Positions 9,021 through 17,690 of a stretch of 37,857 bases of DNA are shown here, piece after piece. Positions within the stretch are counted from its first letter, which is position 1. Every line of letters starts with the position of its first letter. A program made the position numbers and the translations under genes. Source of the stretch: Patescibacteria group bacterium (GTDB lineage: Bacteria; Patescibacteriota; Minisyncoccia; Phycocordibacterales; PALSA-1337). The notes beneath the pieces are model-generated. The model saw nothing but the letters and a program-made list of their open reading frames with translations. It had not been told where the DNA came from and did not search any database. The stretch lies in NCBI GenBank assembly GCA_038058815.1, contig JBBUAH010000008.1, positions 1 to 37,857 on the forward strand. The letters run 5' to 3'.

Positions 9021-12000
9021 GCTTTTATCTTTCGAAAGGATAGTCTGTAAAGCCCTGATATCATCTCCATTCATTCCCTTTCCTAGATCTCTCTTTATAG
9101 AGGTCAATAATGCTTTTTCAGGAATAGTTAAAGAAGGAATGGTTGTCTGAACAGATGTGGTAACAATTGGTGTTATTACAGGAATTCTTATTCTTCCCCC
9201 AGAAGAAACAGAAGTGGCAGCTGCTACAGATGCATTAGCCACACTTGATGCCGCTGATTCCAAATCTCCCCCAGATGCATATGCACCAACTTTATAATAA
9301 TAAGTAGTTCCAGCTGTTGGTGTCGTATCAGTATAACTTGTCACATTTCCAGCATTAGCAAGAAGAGCGAAGCTTCCACTGGCACTTGTATCTCTGTAAA
9401 TATAATATCCTGTAGCTGATGTACCTCCAGAAGAAGCCGTCCATGCCATAGTAATTTGTCCACTACCAGCACTTCCACCAGTTGCAGATACACCAGTCGG
9501 TGTTCCTGGGGGTTCAACTCCCCGAGGATCTGCTAGAGCATAAGCTGAGAAGTGTGTTCCGACAGCCGAGAAACTTACTGAAGCAACATTTGAAAGACTT
9601 GTAGCAATATCAGCAGTAGCTATAGCATTACCATCAGTATCCTTATAAGTCGGTACTGTACTTAATGATTCCCATTCCTGTTTATCATCACTGTATGAAT
9701 AGACTTTTAAATTATTTATTGTAGAAGTAGATGTCATACTTTCTGCTGTAAGTTCTGCTTTTGTATAACTCAATTCAACAGTGGCAGTTTTACCTGATTG
9801 CAAATTCTTAACTTGTGAATCGCCAGAATAAGCACTTATATCCTTCGCCTTATTACCTATAATATTGACACTATCTGTTTGTGGAATATTAGTTGTTTCT
9901 TTTGCTGTCAAATATGATGTATCTCCAGCTGTTCCTAAGGTGTTACCATCTAGCTGTACACTAACTCCTACTGTACTATCACTGAATGTACTAGCACTAG
10001 TATCTGTAAATGTATTTGATGTAGCAAGTTTACTTTGTATACTTGCGGTTGTACTTAAGGTGATATTTATTCCAGTTTGTGAAGAGGAAGTCGTATCAAC
10101 AAGATCATTTATTCCAGATGACCATTTACCTTCAGCATAACCTTCAGCGGCAGCAAATATTCTCCATTTACCACTTGTAACATTTATGGTATATGCTCCG
10201 CTTGTATCAGTCTTTGCAATAGCATGTCCACCTCCAACTTTTTCAGCTCTTACAAATGAATCTTTCGCAGCAGAACCACCAGCAGTTACTGTACCAGAAA
10301 TGGTTAAGTTTGATTGTGTAAGAGTAAGATTTTGTGTGGCTGAACCACTGACTGTGATTGAAACTGGTGTCCCGACATATCCAGGCTTATTTGCCATGAC
10401 TTGATATGTACCGTTAGCCAAGGTTATATTATACCAACCAGTAGATGTGGCCTGTGTACCAACATGAACATCATTTGTTGTATCTATAAAACTAATCCAT
10501 GATTCACCCACAGCATCACCACTGGCAGTTACACGACCAATAATGGTACTCATAGCATTTGCTGTGGTATTTACAGTTACTACTATATTTTCAGTCCCGT
10601 CTACTGTAAAAGTCCCATTTGTCACCACTGTACTACCATTTAAGCCTGCTATACTAACATTTGATTGTGGGACACCTTGAATATATACACGAACATTTGG
10701 TGTAATTCCGTTTGGCACTTGTAGTATTGTAGTAGAAGCATTCGTTATTTCAGTATGAATTCCTGCGTTCTTTGCAGGATCAAATAAATCTATAAATGCC
10801 TTACTTACAGTAAGAGCGCTGCCACTTGAATCTTTTACAAATATATTGACAGTTTTTCTTGGAGGAACTTTTATATTTTTTGTTGTAGATGCAGTCGATA
10901 GATCAATAGAACCAATAGCCGTTCCATTATCACCAATAGGAGCTATACGATTGTATGTTGGATGAAATATATCACTTATATTATATGAACTCCCAATAAC
11001 TCTTATAGAGTAATTACCATCACTATCAGATACTCCCTCATTCATTTTCCCTCCAGTCCCAGAAAGACGAACAACAGCACCTGAAATAGCTGTATCACCC
11101 GTATTGTATCCATTACTTCCATCAATATCTTCATATATTTTTCCAGAAAGGATAGTCATAGTATTTCCAGTCGATGGTGCGAAATCTATTCCTGTTTGAT
11201 TTGCACTACTTACTGTAACAGTCTGTTCTGTCATAGGACCAAATCCAGGAATAAATGAATTTACTTTCCACGTACCGTTATCTACATATAATGTATAATT
11301 CCCTGTACTTAAATCAGACATAGCATTCACGCCTCCAGGACTATCTGTACGATATGCAAAAACAGAAGCACTTACAGGATTTGTACCATCTGTTATTTTA
11401 CCAGTAATTGTATAACCAGGTTTTGTCATTTTAAGAATAAATGTTGTAGCAGAAGCAGCAGTAGCAGAACCATTAACATAATACTGACCATCTGATGCCA
11501 TGACTACTGACACTTCTTTTGATTGACCCATACCAGGTGAAAATGCTCCGACAGAATATGAACCTGCAGCAACCTTTATACTAAATGATCCAGAAGCAGA
11601 TGTTTGGGAACGATTTCCAGTACCACCAGTTGGTGAATATGCATAAACTTCGGCTCCAGAAATAGCATTTCCACTAGCATCTTGCAAAATACCAGCTATT
11701 GTTTTATTTGCTTTTGATATAGTAAATGTATATGAGCTTGCACTTGCTCCATTAACTGTAGCATTACATGCTGTAGGACAACCACTAATCATAAGACTTA
11801 CTGGTTTTGGTGAAGCCCAATCTGTAGATGGTGGAGGACCCATCATACCTCCTCCACCTTTAGGCATTGCTGGACCTATTCCTATACCCCATTGACCATT
11901 TATTTTGGGAATATAAAGAGTCGCGAATGTTGAACCAGATGAAATAGTTCCTGCACCAGGTGTTACTGTTTGTACCATAAATTTTCCTGGACCACCAGCA

Positions 12001-15000
12001 AAGACATCTACTTGTTCAGTAGCTGTAAATGTACTAGAATCAGCTCCAACTTTTACTAAGAAAGTTAATGCATTAGCAGATGTTTCCAGTAGAGAGAAAT
12101 TTTTTATTATAGCATTTGTTGAAGTAGCTCTAATTGGAGTTGGCATTGGTTCACCAAAATACACATTACTAGTTGCTCCATTATTTTTCTTTGTTGGTGC
12201 TACTGAAGGATCAGTACTAATAAAGAATTCGCTTCCAGCTCCACCTCCATAAGCACCAGCTGTGGAATTCATACCTACAGCTAGATTTGTAAATGAATAT
12301 GTACCATCAGCCTCAACTGTTGTAGTATCAACCGCCCCAGTCTGAGGTGACATCAAGTGAATTGTTACACCTCCAAGAGTCTGGCCATCCGTAGAATCAG
12401 TGACTGTACCACGAATCGTTGTAGTTGCACCCCCTCCAGCATTACCTCCACCTATATAAATAGGATTTGCATTAAATGATTCTAATAAAGTACCATTGGA
12501 TGATTTTGATTTTATATCTAAAGAATATCCGGAAGAATCAGGACCTTTCGGTATTGAAGGATTTACTATATCTGCAATTGAGAATTTTAGAAAATCATGA
12601 GTATCTGTATTTCCATTAAACAATTCTGATCTTGTGGCAGTATCTAAAGTAATAGTAACAGTTTTCGTTGTTGAATCTTTTACTATTGAAGAAATCCCCA
12701 CTGTACCAGGACCAGGACCATTTATATCTCTATTTTGAGTTGCAACAAAAGTATTTCTAGAACTTGTTGTCGCTGCACAACATAGTCCGAAATCAGATGT
12801 TGAAGGGAAAGTAATAACTATCGTTCCTCCTGCTGGAATTTGCGTAGCTATTGGTAATTCAAAGGTATATGTACTTGAAGCATTTACGGCTGAACTTGAA
12901 GGTCTTATTTGTACTGGCGGCATAAATCCTATTCCTGAAGCACTAAAATCTCTCTGCTCTCCAAAGGTACTTCCAGAAAATGAACCCGGACCTACAAAAC
13001 CCATACCTCCCATACTTCCTGATCCGGCAGACATAATATTTCCTCTAAAAACACTTGATGTCATAGTGTTACCTGATAAATCTTTTATATTGGTAGTTGT
13101 AGCTGTAAATGGACCAGGAGCAAGACGAAGTCCAGTAAGTTTAGCAGTTTTTGTTGAAGAATCATAAGTAAGTGATTGACCAGATAAGGCACTTAATGTT
13201 TGGGGAGATCCTCCTGCTGTTAAAGCATAATTTGAAATATTTGTAGCATCAGTAGAATTAACAGCTTCATTAAATGTAATAGCCAATTCAAATTCATTTC
13301 CGTTTGCAAACATAATCGAGGATGGAGTAGTATCAGTATTTGAAGATTCTATAGTCCAGTCTTTAGTTATATCAGTACCTAAAAGTACACCTGCCACATT
13401 TGCGATTGTTGCTCCAATAAGAGTAAGTCTTATAGATTGTCCTACAGGTAAAACATTTGAAGGTGTAAAATGTCCTTCTTTTGAAACTGGATCATATCTT
13501 ACTGAACCTGGAAGATTTATTCCACCAGAAACTGTAGCTAATGTGACTGAACTTGTAGTTACTGTACTTGGATCTAAAGCATCATCAAAAGTAAACATAA
13601 AATCATTTGTTGGAGCAGAGATAGTAGTTCCAGGAGTTGGGAATATTCCGACTAATGCAGGAGCTGTAGTATCACCAGCTGAACTACCAGTAGTAAATCG
13701 GGAAGTATATGCAGAAGGTAAAGGTATACCACTTCCAGTTCTATTTTTTACACCCACACCAACAGTTAATGTATAAGTAGTATTTGCCGACAAGGTAGCT
13801 GGGGTAATAGATAATATATTTTTTCCAGTAGATGTGCTAAATGAGAAATTAGAAAGAGATATACTAGATCCACCAACTAAAGTTATGTTAGAAGCTGTGA
13901 ATGTGGAAGTATCCATATCCATCTGATTAAATTCGATTGAAATTTTAGCAAGATTTTTGGGAACATTTATACTTCCAGGAAATGGACTAGTACCTATAAT
14001 AGTAGGTGGAATTGTACTTGTAAATGTTTGTCCAGCAGCACCAGTTGTAGAAGTTGCATAATAATTTTGATTTCCAGCTGTAAATGAATCTTGATCAAGA
14101 GCACTGGCTCCTGCACCACCAAGATCAGTTACTCCACTTGTAACCATAAACACATAAGAGGTAGAGGGCAATAAGGATGCAGCTAAATTACATTTTGCTG
14201 GTGGTTCCATATTTCCAGCCATTTGATTATAAGTAACTGTTATACAAAGATTTGAACCAATTGCTGTACCATTCTCAACTTTTTTGAAAGTTACAGTTGA
14301 AGCAGTAACGGTTGTAGGGTCAACAGGTTTATTAAATCCAAAACCAATATATTTTAAATCTACGGGTACATTAGTCATTCCAGGACCTGGATATGAACCC
14401 ATAACCCTAAGAGCATTAGAACCCATATCTCCTCCACCCCCTCCTCCAGAAAAAGCAAATTCCTTAGTACTTAAACTATTTTGCGGATCAGGAATTGTTC
14501 TTAAATAGAAATTTGCACTATTATCTCCACTATCCCAACCATTTCCTTTCATCGAGTCCTCACCTCCAACTGCCATCTTAGTGGAATTTGAAGTAGTTGA
14601 AGCATATCGCTCTAAACTTTTACCATCACTTATCAAAGCTGTAGCACATGTACCTCCCTCACAATTTCCAGCTGGCTGACTACCCCACCCTATATAATCA
14701 ACAGAAGTAGATGTGGCAGTATTAACACCAAGAGAAGATGAGGTAGTAGCTATAGATACTCCACCATTTACCTTAATAACATCAAATGAACTTGTAGCAA
14801 ATACTGCATCAGGCTGTATACTACCCCCATTAAAACCGTTTTGAGAAGCTATAAGAAAAAAGCCTTGAGGAGGTATAACTTTCTTGAAATATGTAATTCC
14901 TACTGGTGTCGAACTTCCATTCGAATAAAATGTATGCAAACTTATAGGTGTTTGAGAAAGATCAATAGGCACTTCTCCAGAATTATAAAGCTCAACAAAT

Positions 15001-15620
15001 TCATCAGCTGAATTTGTGGCTGTGCCAACCTTTACTTCACTTATTTTTACTAATGCTGTTTTAGACAATCTTATTACTTTAGAAGAAACAAAAGATAATC
15101 CAAGTCCTCCAGCAGTAGTACTAGCATAATTTGCATCTGCTGTAATATGAAAAGCATGACCATTTGTAATTCCAGAATTTGATGTAGTAGTAGCAACTAT
15201 ATAAAACTGTGTATTATTGCCTATATCAGCACCCCCAGTCGGCGTAAGAGTGATTAAATTTCCTGCTCCCACAGAAAAACTCGTTGCGACCGCTCCACTT
15301 ACGAAGGTATCTTCATCTATTTGAAATCCTGGATTTGTACCCGATTCTTTCCAAAGAGAGACTCTTGAAATTTCAGAAGCAGTAAGACCATCTTGATCTC
15401 CAATTAGATAAAATCCAACCTTAGTAAGCTTGTCCGAACCAGAATTCTGATTAAGCATGAATTGTGCCAATGGCAAAATAGATCCTCCACCAGCAGATAC
15501 AAATGGAGCATAAACTCCATCAATGATTGGACCTTGTAACGTAATAGCTGCATTTGCAAGAGTAGAAATCGAAAACGTGCCAATAACAAAGAAGAAAGCG
15601 ATAACAATTTTCTTTTTCAT
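8550..15620 (-). CDS. giant (2356 aa) secreted, wall-anchored multidomain surface protein
   Basis: Signal peptide MKKKIVIAFFFVIGTFSISTLANA. Lamin-tail-domain signature KISEVKVGTATNSADEFVELYNSGEVPIDLS (domain ~14487-15056). At least 3 SbsA-Ig-like units (e.g. GTSPFPGSINVPKNLAKISIEFNQMDMDTSTFTASNITL). At least 6 CarboxypepD_reg-like units (e.g. IRGTVTDSTDGQTLGGVTIHLMS...DGTYSFTNL). One FN3 (ITMAWTASSGG..TGYYIYRD...TTYYYKVGAY). Two C-terminal PG_binding_1-like domains (GDDIRALQTIL....GYFGPATERAVKRFQ; GDDVISLQKIL...NYFGSLTERAIQKFQ). Confidence 0.93.
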   Translation of the reverse strand: MKKKIVIAFFFVIGTFSISTLANAAITLQGPIIDGVYAPFVSAGGGSILPLAQFMLNQNSGSDKLTKVGFYLIGDQDGLTASEISRVSLWKESGTNPGFQIDEDTFVSGAVATSFSVGAGNLITLTPTGGADIGNNTQFYIVATTTSNSGITNGHAFHITADANYASTTAGGLGLSFVSSKVIRLSKTALVKISEVKVGTATNSADEFVELYNSGEVPIDLSQTPISLHTFYSNGSSTPVGITYFKKVIPPQGFFLIASQNGFNGGSIQPDAVFATSSFDVIKVNGGVSIATTSSSLGVNTATSTSVDYIGWGSQPAGNCEGGTCATALISDGKSLERYASTTSNSTKMAVGGEDSMKGNGWDSGDNSANFYLRTIPDPQNSLSTKEFAFSGGGGGGDMGSNALRVMGSYPGPGMTNVPVDLKYIGFGFNKPVDPTTVTASTVTFKKVENGTAIGSNLCITVTYNQMAGNMEPPAKCNLAASLLPSTSYVFMVTSGVTDLGGAGASALDQDSFTAGNQNYYATSTTGAAGQTFTSTIPPTIIGTSPFPGSINVPKNLAKISIEFNQMDMDTSTFTASNITLVGGSSISLSNFSFSTSTGKNILSITPATLSANTTYTLTVGVGVKNRTGSGIPLPSAYTSRFTTGSSAGDTTAPALVGIFPTPGTTISAPTNDFMFTFDDALDPSTVTTSSVTLATVSGGINLPGSVRYDPVSKEGHFTPSNVLPVGQSIRLTLIGATIANVAGVLLGTDITKDWTIESSNTDTTPSSIMFANGNEFELAITFNEAVNSTDATNISNYALTAGGSPQTLSALSGQSLTYDSSTKTAKLTGLRLAPGPFTATTTNIKDLSGNTMTSSVFRGNIMSAGSGSMGGMGFVGPGSFSGSTFGEQRDFSASGIGFMPPVQIRPSSSAVNASSTYTFELPIATQIPAGGTIVITFPSTSDFGLCCAATTSSRNTFVATQNRDINGPGPGTVGISSIVKDSTTKTVTITLDTATRSELFNGNTDTHDFLKFSIADIVNPSIPKGPDSSGYSLDIKSKSSNGTLLESFNANPIYIGGGNAGGGATTTIRGTVTDSTDGQTLGGVTIHLMSPQTGAVDTTTVEADGTYSFTNLAVGMNSTAGAYGGGAGSEFFISTDPSVAPTKKNNGATSNVYFGEPMPTPIRATSTNAIIKNFSLLETSANALTFLVKVGADSSTFTATEQVDVFAGGPGKFMVQTVTPGAGTISSGSTFATLYIPKINGQWGIGIGPAMPKGGGGMMGPPPSTDWASPKPVSLMISGCPTACNATVNGASASSYTFTISKANKTIAGILQDASGNAISGAEVYAYSPTGGTGNRSQTSASGSFSIKVAAGSYSVGAFSPGMGQSKEVSVVMASDGQYYVNGSATAASATTFILKMTKPGYTITGKITDGTNPVSASVFAYRTDSPGGVNAMSDLSTGNYTLYVDNGTWKVNSFIPGFGPMTEQTVTVSSANQTGIDFAPSTGNTMTILSGKIYEDIDGSNGYNTGDTAISGAVVRLSGTGGKMNEGVSDSDGNYSIRVIGSSYNISDIFHPTYNRIAPIGDNGTAIGSIDLSTASTTKNIKVPPRKTVNIFVKDSSGSALTVSKAFIDLFDPAKNAGIHTEITNASTTILQVPNGITPNVRVYIQGVPQSNVSIAGLNGSTVVTNGTFTVDGTENIVVTVNTTANAMSTIIGRVTASGDAVGESWISFIDTTNDVHVGTQATSTGWYNITLANGTYQVMANKPGYVGTPVSITVSGSATQNLTLTQSNLTISGTVTAGGSAAKDSFVRAEKVGGGHAIAKTDTSGAYTINVTSGKWRIFAAAEGYAEGKWSSGINDLVDTTSSSQTGINITLSTTASIQSKLATSNTFTDTSASTFSDSTVGVSVQLDGNTLGTAGDTSYLTAKETTNIPQTDSVNIIGNKAKDISAYSGDSQVKNLQSGKTATVELSYTKAELTAESMTSTSTINNLKVYSYSDDKQEWESLSTVPTYKDTDGNAIATADIATSLSNVASVSFSAVGTHFSAYALADPRGVEPPGTPTGVSATGGSAGSGQITMAWTASSGGTSATGYYIYRDTSASGSFALLANAGNVTSYTDTTPTAGTTYYYKVGAYASGGDLESAASSVANASVAAATSVSSGGRIRIPVITPIVTTSVQTTIPSLTIPEKALLTSIKRDLGKGMNGDDIRALQTILSKDKSIYPEGLVTGYFGPATERAVKRFQAKYGISQVGRVGPQTRAKLQEVSKITGTAQPKIPTPTTPVITPTTSVIFTKLLSKGVSGDDVISLQKILNKDSETRISETGVGSLGNETNYFGSLTERAIQKFQVKYGIAKEGDGGYGLVGPKTRAKLNEFVK

Positions 15621-15658
15621 ATAATTATATTAATATTTAAATCAATGATTTAAACTCT

Positions 15659-15664
15659 ATTATA
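15659..15664 (-). promoter_or_regulatory. candidate -10 element for the giant gene
   Basis: The minus strand reads TATAAT ~38 nt upstream of the ATG at 15620, preceded by a T8 tract and the TTATCCACC motif. Confidence 0.35.
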
Positions 15665-15694
15665 TAACTACATATCAATAAAAAAAATATAATC

Positions 15695-15705
15695 GGTGGA
15701 TAACT
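15695..15705 (-). promoter_or_regulatory. AGTTATCCACC motif (DnaA-box-like, one mismatch), site 1
   Basis: The minus strand reads AAAAAGTTATCCACC, 30 nt upstream of TATAAT (15659-15664). It shares the 14-mer AAAAAGTTATCCAC with site 2. Confidence 0.5.
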
Positions 15706-15730
15706 TTTTCATTAAATTAAAATAGGACAA

Positions 15731-15756
15731 ACAAAAAACCACCCTTTGAAGAGTGG
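15731..15756 (-). terminator. intrinsic terminator after the 367-aa gene
   Basis: The minus strand reads CCACTCTTCAAAGGGTGG followed by TTTTTTG. It is near-identical in design to the hairpin at 17586-17601. Confidence 0.65.
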
Positions 15757-15789
15757 AGTTTTGTCGTCATCTTATGTTATTTTAAGTTA

Positions 15790-16262
15790 TTTTATTTAAC
15801 GAATTCATTCAACTTCGCCCTAGTCTTCGGTCCTACTAGACCATATCCCCCATCACCTTCCTTTGCTATACCATATTTTACTTGGAATTTCTGAATGGCT
15901 CTTTCTGTAAGAGAACCAAAGTAATTGGTTTCATTTCCAAGGGAACCAACTCCCGTCTCTGAGATTCGTGTTTCTGAATCTTTATTTAAGATTTTCTGAA
16001 GTGAAATAACATCGTCACCAGAAACACCTTTTGATAATAGTTTTGTAAATATTACAGAGGTTGTAGGAGTAATAACTGGAGTAGTTGGAGTAGGAATTTT
16101 TGGTTGTGCCGTTCCAGTAATCTTAGAAACTTCTTGAAGTTTTGCTCTTGTTTGTGGGCCTACCCTACCTACTTGCGATATTCCGTATTTTGCTTGGAAT
16201 CTTTTTACAGCTCTTTCTGTAGCAGGACCAAAATACCCCGTCACTAAACCTTCTGGATATAT
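15790..16262. repeat. 473-bp perfect direct repeat, copy B (3' end of the 367-aa gene)
   Basis: Identical to 8548-9020. It encodes the same 156 C-terminal residues (SIYPEGLVTGYFGPATERAVKRFQ...GPKTRAKLNEFVK). Confidence 0.95.
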
Positions 16263-16895
16263 TGAACTATCTTGAGCTAGAAATTGCTGAAGTTTCTCCA
16301 CATCAGCTCCTTGGCTACCACGGGATAGGTCATTAGTAAGGACAACATTGGAAATTGCACCTGTGACTTTGGGTGTACAAACCACTCCTGCAGGACAGCC
16401 GGGTACGACAGCTGGAGTTGGAGTTACTGGAGGGAGTAAAACAACTACCGGTGGAGGTGATCCTCCACCACCACTGCTACTTCTTCCTCCTCCAGATGTA
16501 TTTGTACTAGATGTTACAGTACATGTTGTGGCAGAAGGTATGACTTTTACTGTTCGTGTTGAACCTGATTGAATTGTGATAGTTAATGTATTACTAGCTG
16601 ATGTACATTCTTGAGAATAATCGTTACCTCCTATCCCAGACACTGCCATAACATACTTATCAGCAGACGTCACTATCATCGTTGAACTGGTAAGCATTGT
16701 GGCAACAAAATCCGTGGAATTAACTACAATCGATTCTATAAGTGCTGATGAACCACTTACTGTTAATGTTTTTCCATCAACAGTCAAAACTGTATCGGTT
16801 GTTAAAGTCACATCATTATAGGCTGCATTAGTAATGGCCAGTGGTACCAATACCGAGAGAATTATTGCGCCAATACTTAATTGGTATTTAGGCAT
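15792..16895 (-). CDS. secreted protein with tandem C-terminal peptidoglycan-binding domains
   Basis: 367 aa with signal peptide MPKYQLSIGAIILSVLVPLAITNA, a Thr/Ser-rich beta-type N-domain and a Gly/Pro linker (SSSGGGGSPPPVVVLLPPVTPTP). It ends with two PG_binding_1-like domains, the last ~156 aa being identical to the giant protein. Confidence 0.88.
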   Translation of the reverse strand: MPKYQLSIGAIILSVLVPLAITNAAYNDVTLTTDTVLTVDGKTLTVSGSSALIESIVVNSTDFVATMLTSSTMIVTSADKYVMAVSGIGGNDYSQECTSASNTLTITIQSGSTRTVKVIPSATTCTVTSSTNTSGGGRSSSGGGGSPPPVVVLLPPVTPTPAVVPGCPAGVVCTPKVTGAISNVVLTNDLSRGSQGADVEKLQQFLAQDSSIYPEGLVTGYFGPATERAVKRFQAKYGISQVGRVGPQTRAKLQEVSKITGTAQPKIPTPTTPVITPTTSVIFTKLLSKGVSGDDVISLQKILNKDSETRISETGVGSLGNETNYFGSLTERAIQKFQVKYGIAKEGDGGYGLVGPKTRAKLNEFVK

Positions 16896-16907
16896 GATTA
16901 ATTAAAA

Positions 16908-17456
16908 TTAGCGAATAATTAGATAAGCAGTACTTGAACCTATACCAGTTGACGAAGGAACAGATGTTGCTCCGCCATTCCAAAGAAGGATTGTAATGTA
17001 TCCAGCAGTCGTTGAAGCTTTTGCTCCAACTATAGCCCAGTCACCAGCTAAGTTATTTGAGCCTGCCACAAAAGGTGTTGAGGTAGAAAGTTGGGCCATA
17101 ACCATATCACCACTTACTACACCTGTTACAGCACAATCATAAGCTTCAGTAGTAGATGCTGTATGATTTCCATCCATACTATTTAGACCTGTTCCATTCC
17201 ATGAAGTACAAAACCCTTTGATTAATTGAGTTACCGTTGTACCACTAGATCCTATTGATACTCTAGTTGTTGAGGCATTCACTAAAGTTGTCACGCCTGT
17301 TACACCTACTGTACCTGTTACAGTTAGATTACCTTCTGTGACAATATTAGTACTTATAGTTGTGGCAGCAGATACAACAGTGACCACAGCTAACACACCA
17401 AAAATTACCGAAAGTGTCAGTGTTAAAAACGGATTCTTTGAATAAAGTTTATTCAT
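16908..17456 (-). CDS. small secreted/membrane-anchored hypothetical protein
   Basis: 182 aa with an N-terminal hydrophobic anchor or signal (FLTLTLSVIFGVLAVVTVVSA), Thr/Gly/Val-rich beta-type sequence and two Cys residues. It lies 12 nt upstream of the 367-aa gene, so they are probably co-transcribed. Confidence 0.7.
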   Translation of the reverse strand: MNKLYSKNPFLTLTLSVIFGVLAVVTVVSAATTISTNIVTEGNLTVTGTVGVTGVTTLVNASTTRVSIGSSGTTVTQLIKGFCTSWNGTGLNSMDGNHTASTTEAYDCAVTGVVSGDMVMAQLSTSTPFVAGSNNLAGDWAIVGAKASTTAGYITILLWNGGATSVPSSTGIGSSTAYLIIR

Positions 17457-17557
17457 ATTAAAAAATATAAAAAATTAACAATTAATAATCAAGACTCGAC
17501 TAATAACTAATATTATACACCTTTTAAGTTTTTAAAAAACAAAAGTGAATCTTAGAA

Positions 17558-17568
17558 TGTGGATAACT
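17558..17568 (-). promoter_or_regulatory. AGTTATCCACA motif (identical to the DnaA-box consensus TTATCCACA), site 2
   Basis: The minus strand reads AAAAAGTTATCCACA, 40 nt upstream of TATAAT (rc of 17512-17517), ahead of the 182-aa gene. Confidence 0.5.
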
Positions 17569-17574
17569 TTTTAC

Positions 17575-17607
17575 AAAACAAAAAACCACCCTTTCGAGTG
17601 GTTTTTT
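17575..17607 (-). terminator. bidirectional-looking intrinsic terminator after the 630-aa gene
   Basis: Hairpin CCACCC-TTTC-GAGTGG (17586-17601) flanked by an A-run on the left and T6 on the right. A second small hairpin, GTCCT-CCTTG-AGGAC, lies at 17612-17626. Confidence 0.7.
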
Positions 17608-17690
17608 GTATGTCCTCCTTGAGGACTTGCGTTCAATTTACGCTAGATAAGTTTGATTTTTAAACAAAACTTATGAAATTAATTTCTTTA

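Noticed and set aside
9865-15607. Short ORFs inside the giant gene (9865-10140, 10186-10404, 13543-13776, 14284-14508 on the plus strand; 15404-15607 on the minus strand in another frame)
   Set aside because: They are shadow frames of a 7-kb uninterrupted ORF with coherent domain architecture. Their translations are low-complexity mirrors of Thr/Gly/Val-rich coding sequence.
8548-16262. Reading the 473-bp repeat pair as a CRISPR array, IS element ends or a DGR template/variable-region pair
   Set aside because: There are only two copies, each of coding sequence for a PG-binding module. No transposase or reverse transcriptase is nearby. The copies are identical rather than showing the adenine-specific mismatches expected of DGR TR/VR.
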